NCBI RefSeq assembly: GCF_001949145.1 | Contig: NW_019091358.1 | Coordinates: forward strand, 1,488,961-1,552,960 | Length of the DNA stretch: 64,000 nucleotides | Source: Acanthaster planci | Lineage: Eukaryota | Reading direction: 5' to 3' | Shown here: piece after piece, positions 11,371 to 22,098 of the stretch | Numbering within the stretch: the first letter of the stretch is position 1 | How the letters are laid out: every line of letters starts with the position of its first letter | Notes under the pieces: model-generated | Database searches by the model: none | Told to the model about the DNA's origin: nothing | What the model saw: only the letters and a program-made list of their open reading frames with translations | Position numbers and translations under genes: made by a program

Positions 11371-14300
11371 GGAAGAACAATCTTTTCAAGTTATCACTTC
11401 TGTGCAAACACTTATTTCAGAAATCTATCCATTCACTTCCTCCTACAACACCAGATATCCGTACATGTAAAAAAGGCAATGAACATTGCTGCTTTCATTT
11501 GCTGTTTTATTTAAAGAAAACATTAAATGCTATTACAACTTTTAGAAGTATAGCATAAAGATTTCATAACAGCATGTACTGTTGAATTTTTCCTGTATAT
11601 TTCAACATTTTAAATGAAAAGTTTGGAAAGATGTATGATAATATCTACCTGCCTTACAGCCAGACGTTGGGCATATTAAAAATAGAAACAGAACTGGCCT
11701 GGACTTTAAAAACTTTTTTATTCTTCCATTTACGCTTCATGTCCGTGCATGGCTCATGAACACTTTAAAAAGTGTGATGCTGATAATTTGTCGAGCACTC
11801 TAAATCTACGAGAGAAAAGAAATTGCCCGGCATGTGAGATGACTTAGATCGAAAATCATCAAGGCAGTTTCCATACAGCAGCCTAAAACACGGTCTTCAC
11901 ATTTTAAAATATCAGTCAAATCAAACTATGTCAAATATAAGTGAAAGGGTAAAGAAGGTTGGTTTTGTTCACAACAAAACAGGTTGCAGTGGTTTGGAAC
12001 CAAAATCGCTGAAGTCTAACATAATGATGCAAATTTAAAAATACAACTGATGTAAATTCATGAACAAATAAGAATGAAAATACCATACCTCAGCTTTGCT
12101 TGATGGGAGTACTCCACTTTCGTGTGAGACAGATGGCCAAATGGGGAAACATGGTGTTAGAATATGACTGCAAAAAGGTTGAGGGGGAAACTTCTCACTT
12201 TTTAAGTTCCGCCGCCCGCAGTGTGTCAACTCTTGTTCGCTCAATTCTCAGCACTGCACTCGGGTATTTGTAGAGTTTCTGTCGTCCAAATCACTGGCAA
12301 TTTGTGACTCCGGGTAGCAGGGTAGTTGTGCTTGACATCAAGCGTGACCACTGACCATCTAAATTTGAAGAAATGGCCAAACCGTACAAGTACTATATTT
12401 CTAATTTGGAAAGAAAAGGTAAGTTCCTGACTGTAATTCAAACTTCAAATCTGAAGTACAGGTTGTTCACGGCCTATCCAGGTCAGATAAAACAAAAATA
12501 CAAAAGAAAGAACACGTACACACAACATGTAAAAATAGTTGTCAATAAGGACATGCTGGAAAATGAGACGATGCCCACTGAGATTACAGGAAGCATAGTT
12601 CTATCATTTAAACCATCTTCAGGCACATTTTGATGGCGCGATCGAAGTTACTGAGATTTCTTCAGCAGGCTGAACTGCTTTCAGGATTCAGGTTTCATTT
12701 TTGAAGTTAACTTTATTCAATTGAAAGTTAATCATGTTAATTAAAAGTGCAAAATTTTGCTCATATTTAAATGTGTACCAAACCTTGACAATTCCCTGTA
12801 GAACTAGAAACGGAGCTCCACTTCACAGTGCCACTGCCATGACGGTCAGACTGTCCTAAAATTCTTCCTCGAAACCACCCTTGAACCGAATCTATCAAAC
12901 AACAATAAAATATAGACTGCCAGAATCACGATAAATTCAACATTTTACATGAACATCCAAAGATGTTAACCGCCATGTTAACAAAATATTGTCTAGGTTT
13001 ATGTACACATAAGACTTAGCGTTGTAGTGAGGTCCTACTCACAGGCCTACAGCACAGCTAAAAACCACTGAAACGAATATCATACGGCGAGGTACCGTAT
13101 TATCCCGTTATGTCCATACTAGTATGTAGTTAAGACATGTACAGACCCGAACAAGTTGACTGATTTTTTATTTTTCTGTAAAAGCAAGTAAAAAAATCAT
13201 TAGTCGGCGAAAGACTTAAATTATTGACCACATCAACAGTAATTCTTCACGGCCACCAATTCCTTGCAAACGCACCGTGTCTTCTCAGTTGTTTCCTCCA
13301 TACATGATCATGATTCTCCATACATGGTCGTGATGGTTGACTCATGACAAAAGGATCGCTAATAAAAAGTATGGTTACTTTGTTGAGAATGACTTGACAT
13401 CATCACTTCTTTGGCAATGTGAAAAAAAGTTCCAGTTTGTGGAAACATTACACCATGCAGTGTGCACAGTTTGGTCACAGTATGTCAGTACATGTATGTG
13501 TAAGTAAAAATGTTCAAGAGCACAGTTGGTTGTGACATTCTAATTCAAACTGTAGGCTAGTCGTCTCCGCTCACAATGTCTGCAGTGAATGTGGTATGTG
13601 TCAAGGGCACTCTGTGAATACGTGTACTTTGTACCGCACTCAATTAATGCTTGTACTGTACATGCACATGTACCCTGTACTTGCATAATAGAGGACTGTA
13701 CTGTTCTGTTTACTCCGTTGGCAAATGAAGTAAATGTCTAGACTACATGTGACCCCGCCAACAATAGACTGCGCCATGCGCCTCCAAATTATGACTTTTA
13801 CAAAAACATTGTCGAGTACTTAAGTAAAAAATTGTGCAAAATATCAAACAATATTCTGCCAGTAGCTTTGGCACACCTTTTACACCCCAGCACTGATGCA
13901 ATAATATACAAAATGAAGAAAAAGACAGGTTTTAAACTAGTTAGGTCTGCCATCGGAGGATGAAATTTAGCCAATAACAGAGCAGAAAAAATAAAGCAAA
14001 CACATGGCGACGGCTGCTCACGCCGCGCACGCCGCGCACGCCGCGCACGTGCATGTAGCACGCGTACACGTCATTGTATTGCATATATCGTGACACTCGT
14101 GCAATGAGTTTAGCTGTTGGGGAAGATTTGTTGCTTGCATTTCGCTGGCAGCAAGGAAGGTCAAATTCTTAACACCTGTTCAACTTGAAAAGAATGCTGT
14201 ACAGAATGGGAGAAACTGGAGACAGAAAGGATAGAGTCCCGCTGGGAAAACCGAGATTCTTGCAAGATTGAACATCACACACTTTGTTTATTTTTTGTAT

Positions 14301-14409
14301 AAAAGTTTTTCTGGTCATTACCTATATGCACTCAAGCCTTTATTCTCTCATAATTACTTGAATTTTTTTACTGTGTAATTTAGGCACTAAGTCTACTTAG
14401 CCCATGGTG

Positions 14410-15480
14410 AGATGTTGCAGCCTCAGCCGCAGGTATGTGACCACGAAGAAGTAGAAACACATTTGCTTTTGCATGCCAAGTTCCCATATGATGACGGATA
14501 TACTGCTCTATTACAATTGCAGTCCAGACAATGGCGTAGCTATCATTGTATTCCTACAAGGGTCAAAATTGCTTTTCCACACAGGTGATTCTAAAGACAG
14601 CGTTGCCTTCATGTTGCAGTCTTTTACAATTCTAAATTCATTTGTAAATATTGGGATTGTTCAAATGCGAGCAATTTTACTTAGCCTTATTTATCTTTAC
14701 ATGTGATATACAGGTACGTCCCATTCGCTTGTGACATTCCCTTTTACAATATTACCTGACTCAGATACCATTTATGTTTTGCGTACATCACGTCACTGTG
14801 GAGAATGAAACCATAGTCTAATATGATTCACAGCTGCTTGCTGTCCACCACACTGCTTAAGGTAGTTCCAGTAAAGAGCTGTGTGTCCTTTCACATCATT
14901 ATTACGTTATACTTAAAAGAAACCGGTGCCAAGGAATCGACCATCGATTTCACAAGTACGGCAAATGCTTTGGGCCACTGAGGATGTTTGCCAGGCTCTT
15001 GTTGGGCTTCACTCTATCACTGACTCCGATACAACCAGTGCAAGTTATTCGAAAAGGGAAAAGGGATGCATTCAAACTCATTACGACTTGAGCTACGTTC
15101 ATCCCTAAAATACAAACTAGCAGCTCTTTGGAGTCAAGAAGTAAACAAGAACAAGTGCAGGTATCACATGTATACCACTGGGAAGAAGTATTGTGAGGAA
15201 CAATTTTACCCCAACGATGATGCCTGCTGTCTCCATCTTGCAAGAAATGGTTGTCAATCATTAATTTTTAGATGGATGCTACAGCAAAAGATAAATGCCC
15301 CATTTGCAGCTGAGTTAGGGTTTGATGTAGAGGTAACCATACAATGGCAAATAAGGAAACCTTCCGCGAATGCAGTGCTTAAAATTGATCAGCTGCTCTT
15401 GTAAACAGTTTCGGTGCTCCTTGCTCCTACGCAGGTGCATCAAATGAACTGTACAGATTTGTGCAACACTTTAGGATAAT
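14410..15480 (+). pseudogene. Decayed AcademX-type DNA transposon ORF (XPG/FEN1-like nuclease plus C-terminal Cys-rich domain)
   Basis: Frameshifted fragments in the expected order: DHEEVETHLLLHA (~14440; XPG-I HEEADTRLLLHA), CSPDNGVAII (SPDTDV), LVGLHSITDSDTTSA (H3TH, GLHAFTGCDTTSAF), NKCRYHMY...YPNDDACCLHLAR (LPP..DAL..H..RA), TIQW...ISCSCK...CTDLC. Confidence 0.7.
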
Positions 15481-16789
15481 GAAACAATGATGAAAACCTG
15501 AGAAATGAAGCAGAAGCAGGTAACATCAACTTCCAAGGCCAGCACATTAATGATGGTACTGACTCTGCTGTCTCAGAGGACCTATAGTGTGCTTGTGACT
15601 GCAACGTTGCCAAAAACTTCCTTTTATTCCTTTCAAGTGAGTGGACTTGGTGGATAGTCTTAGGTGCGCGAAAATTGCCAACTCGAGGATATTAATAGCT
15701 CACGCCCTGTTCATAGGGATCTGCATAATTATGTACATAGTTGGGTATTTTTTGTATGGTATAGGGTATTTTTACTCTACAGTTTGGATTACACATAAAG
15801 CAGTATGATTTATAAATGTAATTCGAATTCAATTAGATGAAGAACGAGTACATTCTGACACTGTACAACACAAGGAAGCCGTGTAGCCGTGTAGTTGCGT
15901 AGCCTCAGAAGAGCCAGAGAGAGACAGAAATGCGTGTCTTAAATAGTACACCGTATTTGAACTGACTGCTCCTTGTGTTGGAACTCATAACAAGCTAGGA
16001 CAAAAACAAGAATCTAGGATTCCAGTCGATGTACCTGTACAAGTATTATTACAAATCGGGCGGTTATCATAGTCATTTGTTCATCCTATTCAGCTTTATT
16101 ATTGTTGTTGATTCTTGTGTTCATACAGTTACTGAAGGTTAATAAAATTTAGTAGAACTGAGTTTGTAGTTCAGAAAATGGTGTGAATTAGAACTGTTTA
16201 AATCAGACGAAAGAACGTTTTGAGGAACTGTCTGTTTTGTGAGTGTGGGTTGCATATAAATTAATTTTCATAGTGCTGTAGTTGAGTCCACTATTTTCGA
16301 GTCCGATCGAGCCCTGCTACAGTTCGAATCGGAGTCCAAAAATCTGAGTAATGTCTATTCGAAATAGAGCATACATACCGTAACAAAAGTTTGGAGTCAG
16401 ATTTTGTTTAATCATCATAAATTGGAATCAGACATAGGTTTAATATTTTGTTGCAGTAAATGATTCCCCGTCTGTTGCAAAATGATAAACATGCCCATGT
16501 GGCCCTCCATAGTTACGCCATTGCCATGAGGTTTATAAATCGGTCAATTTCAGGAAGACTCGTGCGTTTATTGGGCTAAGTCCTGGAGTCTTTTGGAAAA
16601 CGAAACAAAAAAAAAAGAGTTCGAGTCTGGACCTTTCAGTTGAGTCCGAGTCCAAATTGTATGTAGGCCAGCGATATTGGTTTGTTTTTGATTCACTTGG
16701 TGGTCAGTTTTACTCTGACACATTTCATTTTATTTACTTTATTGAGGTATAGTATTTCGTGTGCATTTACCAAGTGTGAACATTCTTTG

Positions 16790-16895
16790 TCATATGCAGC
16801 AAGGTATGAGACGGAGAGAACNAGTCTGGAATGTGTTTAGGGATTGGACATGTTGGGGGGGTACCCCTCGGTCTCATTTCTTGCTGGGTTTATTC
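16790..16895. repeat. Dispersed repeat; inverted copy at ~39525-39710
   Basis: AGTCTGGAATGTGTTTAGGGATTGGACATGTTGGGGGGGTACCCCTCGG matches the reverse complement of 39550-39596. Confidence 0.65.
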
Positions 16896-17661
16896 TTTGT
16901 TTTCCATCTTTAATTAGTCCGAGGCCACTTACATATTGTGATTTTCTTGAAGCGTGCTTTGTCTCGTTGATTGTTTTATAGATTAACCGCAAACTGCAAG
17001 GTTTATGCTTGACTAGATGTCTTAAGCCTGGTTTCCATATTGACGTAAGAAACGCAGCGAGCAACGCAATCAGGACGCAAACTGCAACGCGGACAAATGG
17101 AAACATGCCAAACAGAAGTGTCGCCGACAACGCAGACAAACGCAAACCAGCCCACAAACGATCGACCAAGTTGAGCCAGGTTCAATTTTGCAGACTGCGT
17201 TGAGTTGCTGGCGTGACCGGCGTGCTACGATGACCCTCTCGCCTAGTTCCACGAATTTTGCCCATTTTCTCCTTAATGCTTAAATATTACACCCCACTGT
17301 TCAACTAAATAGCTGATCGTCAATGAAATGCGTGAAACTGGAGTACAAGTGTGGCATCATGAAGCGATAAGGTCAATCTAAAAAAGTGTAGTCCACCAAA
17401 AATCACGGAGTTTCTGACGCCATTTTGTTTCAATTTTGGGTAGAATGGCACCATGCACTGTTTCTTCCGTTCGTGGCTGCGTCTTCATATCTTGCGTTCT
17501 ATCTGCGTTACAACTGACCATGTGAAAAGCCAGGCTTTAGTGTATTCAAGCAGGCCACATCAGCAATATCACATCAAATCAATATCATATGATACTGAAG
17601 GTCGATTTATGGTATTTCTCTTTGCTTCAATACAGCAAGTCCTTGCTCTTGAACGACCGAT

Positions 17662-18847
17662 ATGGCTCATATATCAGAAATTCCAGTTTTTGTCGCCTTC
17701 CTGCATATGGCCGTCTGGACGTCAGCTTTGGAAAAAGGTCAAGTTCTGGACATGACTTACCCATTTGGTGAATCAACCTTGTACTGGCCTGGCAATGGAA
17801 TGTTTGAATTGGATATTCAGGCACGGGGCCCTTCTGGTGTTCTGCCCTGGTAAGAATAATTAATCTTCCAATTTTGCTGGCATTGAAGTAAAGAACACTA
17901 AGAATTACACGATATTCCAGGTTAGCGTTTAAGTGGCTTTTGTTGGAATTTAAGCAGCTTATTCAGCGGTGTGTAAAGTCAAAGGTCTCAACAGCCTGGT
18001 TACTCTTTGCATGAGATACTCGTATGAATAATGTGCAATGTACTTATATTCTGAAACAAACTGAAATGTAACGCCTCGTTGTTATGAAAGTCCGTGTGTC
18101 CCAAATCTTTACACCGATTTACCCAGAAGACGGAATATTTTACATTCAAGGTACGAGGGTAATGCATTCAGTGGTCCAGAACACGGCGGAACTCACGTTG
18201 ACGCTCCCTCCCACTTCTCTGAAGGCAAGCTGCGTGTGGATGAAATACCAGTTACCAAGTTTAGCGGTCCGGCCGTTCGAGTGGACATTACTGTTAAAGC
18301 CAAAGAGAACGAAGACTACGCGATGTCGGTTAAGGATCTGCAGGACTGGGAAGCCGTCCACGGCAGGATTCCGGACGGCTCTCTGCTCTTCGTCTACACC
18401 GGTTGGGGAGCTTTTTACCCGGATCGGCTGGCCTACTTTGGGTCACCGCGCAACGATACTTTCCTGGATGATCAAGGGCAATCATTGCTCCACTTCCCAG
18501 GCGTGGGGCCAGAGGCAGCTACGTGGTTGGTCGCAAATCGAACCATATCAGGTCTTGGGATCGACACGCCATCCATCGATCACGGACAAAGCACTAGTTT
18601 TATGACGCACCAGATTTTATTTGGCGCAAACATCTACGGCATCGAGAACGTGGCTAACCTCGATCAGCTTCCAAACACGGGAGCGAAGGTGTACGTACTT
18701 CCCATGAAAATTGAAGAAGGGAGTGGAGCACCTGTTCGCATCATCGCCATGTTGGATGAAGAGGGTACCTCTGCCGCAACCACTACGCCTCCATCTGATG
18801 CCGTGTATTTACACGGCCTGTTTTTGCTGTGCTTGCTGCTTTGTTAG
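17662..18847 (+). CDS. Cyclase-family metallohydrolase (kynurenine formamidase KynB / isatin hydrolase-like), paralog 1; exons 17662-17849 and 18151-18847, ~294 aa, signal peptide and GPI-like tail
   Basis: Exon 1 MAHISEIPVFVAFLHMAVWTSALEKGQVLDMTYPF...GVLPW ends TG|gtaaga. Acceptor ttcaag|G at 18150 continues in frame as YEGNAFSGPEHGGTHVDAPSH (HxGTHxDxPxH), then VYTGWG, HFPG, GIDTPSID, HQILFG, GIENVANL, GSGAPVR, and a hydrophobic C-terminus. Confidence 0.92.
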
Positions 18848-19119
18848 AAATAGGGAGAGGGTAATGTTTAGGAACTAACACAGAATGTTTTTCGTAGTAT
18901 TTCTACTTTTCTATTTCTAGCATAAAGGTTTTGAAGAACATGGGTACTTTTGTATTTCTGGTGGGTAGAATGAGCGTCGTTTGGTGCCTGCGCGCTTTAA
19001 TCGGCATTTGTCTGCTCCGTCAGGTCGGAATTCTTCTAAGGTCGGCATGTTCAAACAGCATAACAATTAAAGTATTGTGACTTATGATGTTTCCTCCTGA
19101 TAAAACTTCCTGTAAGTAC

Positions 19120-19305
19120 CCGCCTCGAGTTGAAGCACCCAATCGTCGTTTGAAAAGAACCATTTTGGTCGAAAGAGTTCATTTTGTTGGTGGCGATGCG
19201 ACCGTAACGCGTGCATTTCATAGTCGTTCGTGCAGCGAAGTTCGATTCCGACCAAACTGAGCCGCCATTGCTGAAAAAATGCAGCCTCTCTTGATTCAGC
19301 GCAAT
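19120..19305 (+). repeat. Diverged ~185-bp dispersed repeat; second copy at ~25850-26035
   Basis: Colinear blocks TGAAAAGA.C, TTGGTCGA, TTCATTTTGTTG, ATGCGACCGT..CGCG.GCATTTC..AGTCGTT, TTCCGACCAAA..GAGCC.CC.TTGCT. Confidence 0.7.
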
Positions 19306-21122
19306 TCTCATACCAACTGTTCTTTCGATGCGCAGCACGCTGAGTACCGAGAACTTGAAAGTTATACCTTTAGCCCATTATGTTGCAAGTAATTTAATGA
19401 AACCGACAGTTCTACTCAAGACGGGGACACAATTAGGTCCGAAAATGGGGCATATTTTAAGATCAAACAGCCTGATATAATAGAGACGAAAGAGAGACAC
19501 AGTCAATTAACTAATCAGTGTTTGAAATCATCATTCCATCATTCGATGCCTTCCTAAAATTATTATTTACTCCAATTTACTCCACGTTTTACCCAAGTTC
19601 AATGTTTTCGTTCAGACTCTTGTATATACAAAATGCTGCATGTACGCAAAGACCATGCAATAAAATAAACATTGATCTCCATTATCGCGCATTGTTTGTG
19701 CGGAGGAGGGTAATGTGATGCTGTATCCTGTGCCTTTATGGTCAACATAACCTTTTTCTCATGGGATGTTGGCTAAGCCCTCGGCCTCCCTCCCGAAAAC
19801 AAGCCAAAATAAACATAAAATGCAAGAATATCATTTCCGGAAATAACTGACAATTTTCTTATTAACTAACCCTTTCGAAAGCGATAATGTTAACCTGTTT
19901 TTGTGTGTGTTTGTTTTTAATTGTATTTGTTACACCTATTGTCTGCGGTCTTGCTTTAGCAATTTTTCACTTTGGGTCGGTTCAATCGTTATTTGTTCAG
20001 TGTGTAAAACTGTGAGAATTCCATCAGGACATGCAATAAGTTTTGTCAGTAAATATGATGTCGAAACTGTTCATGGGTTTTTCCGTCTGGTTTCGACGAG
20101 CCAACATTGAAAAAAATCATCAATAAAATTATTTTAATTTTACACACTCTCAGGAAAAATTGTACTAAATAAAATTCATTCATATATGGAGTAATACGGA
20201 AGTGTGAGAATCTTTTCTGTGAGCACAAAGTGAGCGCAGCTTAAAATGAGCGACCAAACTAACTTCCTGCCGTTTTAAAAAAGACACTTATTAATCAGCT
20301 GAAAAGGTTTAGTTCACAACGTGACTTAAAAATTTACATTTAACAACTACTTTCCGGCATAAAAAGTCAGTTTTAACTGAGAACGAATAATGCTGTTATG
20401 TAGACAAAGTTTCTTTTATTGCGTTGACTTTGAATTCCCTTGTTTGTAACTTCATTCAACAGAAACGTTAGCACATCTGCTTGTCACTTTGGTTTCATCT
20501 CTACCCCGAAGAGGAATCTGTTATATCACGTCGCCTGTCACACGATTTAGGTTCAGTGCATCTTTGGATCCGACAAACACAAATCATGGCTGTCTTGGAG
20601 ATTTTTCCGGTGAAATCTGGTGAAAATAAACGACAAATTAGTCATTAAGTTTTTGAAATCACTTTTGCCAATAAGTAACATTTTACACGGTCCCAGCTTC
20701 GAGATAATGAAGTTTCATATGCAAAGCCTGGGAGGCTAGATAGACTGTCATAAATTTCTTACTAGGCCTACATAGGCTTAACTTAAAGTTAAGCATTATA
20801 AAGTACAACTTGAGAAACTTTCTGAAACTAAAAAAAGTGCGACTCACATTTCCTTCTGTTCCTTCTTCCAAACTTGACATTGATCTTCGGTAATTCACTG
20901 CTGCGTACACCTCTACCTTTATTCGTTCCAAATTTATCCATTCTAAGTGCCTAATTCAGTTTTTCTTCGAAATCTGACGATTGAAGCACAAAAACCTCAA
21001 ACGGGTTTTGTAAAACTCCATTTGAAAGTACACGCAATGAAATTTGTAACGCTCGTTATTTACCCTCCTGAAAATACGCATACGCAGGACGCATTTTGGA
21101 CGCAATGTCCTATCCAGTCTAT

Positions 21123-21438
21123 GGGTGCGTTCGATTAGCTTCCCTAACACACCAGTGTTACACTCAAGGGAAGCCTCAAAATGAGGCTTATCGAACGCTG
21201 CAGTATGTTTTCCAAGGCATTCTGGGAAAAAGATCAAGTCCCCGCCTCGTTCCATCGTGTACGTCCATGCTCGAACAGTCCATCCGTGACGTCATTACAC
21301 TCGGGCAGCCTCCAGAGACCCGCTCGCCAGCTGGGGTAGTGGTGGCTGACACCAGGGCAGGCACGAACATCGCGTGATGGCTAAACGAACGCTCTCGTGT
21401 AAGTTTGACTTTTAAGTGTAAGCTAATCGAACGCACCC
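21123..21438. mobile_element. 316-bp MITE (PIF/Harbinger-like, TIR GGGTGCGTTCGATTAGCT, 3-bp TAT TSD), copy 1
   Basis: Perfect TIRs GGGTGCGTTCGATTAGCT / AGCTAATCGAACGCACCC, with TAT on both sides. Confidence 0.85.
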
Positions 21439-21440
21439 TA

Positions 21441-21521
21441 TATAATGGAGATCAATGGGAATAAATTCGTTACACGTACGCATTGTGCTCCGCGTCAAAC
21501 GCGCCATTGATCTCCATTATA
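21441..21521. mobile_element. 81-bp hairpin MITE-like element
   Basis: Perfect 18-bp inverted repeat TATAATGGAGATCAATGG ... CCATTGATCTCCATTATA. Confidence 0.7.
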
Positions 21522-21781
21522 AACGCTCGCCTATGGGTGCATTGCACCAAATGGTTGTATTTCTGCGCGCGAGCTCATTTATATTATGATCCCAAAGGCT
21601 TTTACAATAAGACATGCCATAATCAGGAGGGAACATAGAAGTATTTCCATAAAATCGAATTTGGGATTGATAGTTTCCAGTTCGGGGTATTTCTTTCACA
21701 AAAAGCCCAGAACTGGCGGGCCTATTTTGGATAGAGGCGAGCGGCTACATGCAGAACTGAGCCCATAGTGTTACTACCTAT

Positions 21782-22098
21782 GGGTGCGTTCGATTACCTT
21801 ACACGTGTAAGTCAAACTTACACGAGAGCGTTCGTTTATCCACCACGTGATCTTCGTGCCTGCCCCGGTGTCAGCCACCACTACCCCAGCTGGCGAGCGG
21901 GTCTCTGGAGGCTGCCCGAGTGTAATGATGTCACGGATGGCCTGTTCGAGCACGGACGTACATGATGGAACGTGGCGGGGACTTGACCTTTTTCCCAGAA
22001 TGCCTTGGAAAACACACTGCAGCGTTCGATTAGCCTCATTTTGAGGCTTCTCTTGAGTGTAACACTGGTGCGTTCCGGGAAGCTAATCGAACGCACCC
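21782..22098. mobile_element. Same MITE family, copy 2 in inverted orientation, nested in another TIR element (21535-22355)
   Basis: Same TIRs, and the internal sequence is the reverse complement of copy 1. The host element has GGGTGCATTGCACC / GGTGTAGTGCAACCC ends with TAT flanks. Confidence 0.8.

Noticed and set aside
18084..18605. 173-aa ORF and similar alternate-frame or antisense ORFs (32054-32353, 42611-43320, 53005-53247)
   Set aside because: Shadow frames overlapping the real cyclase exons.
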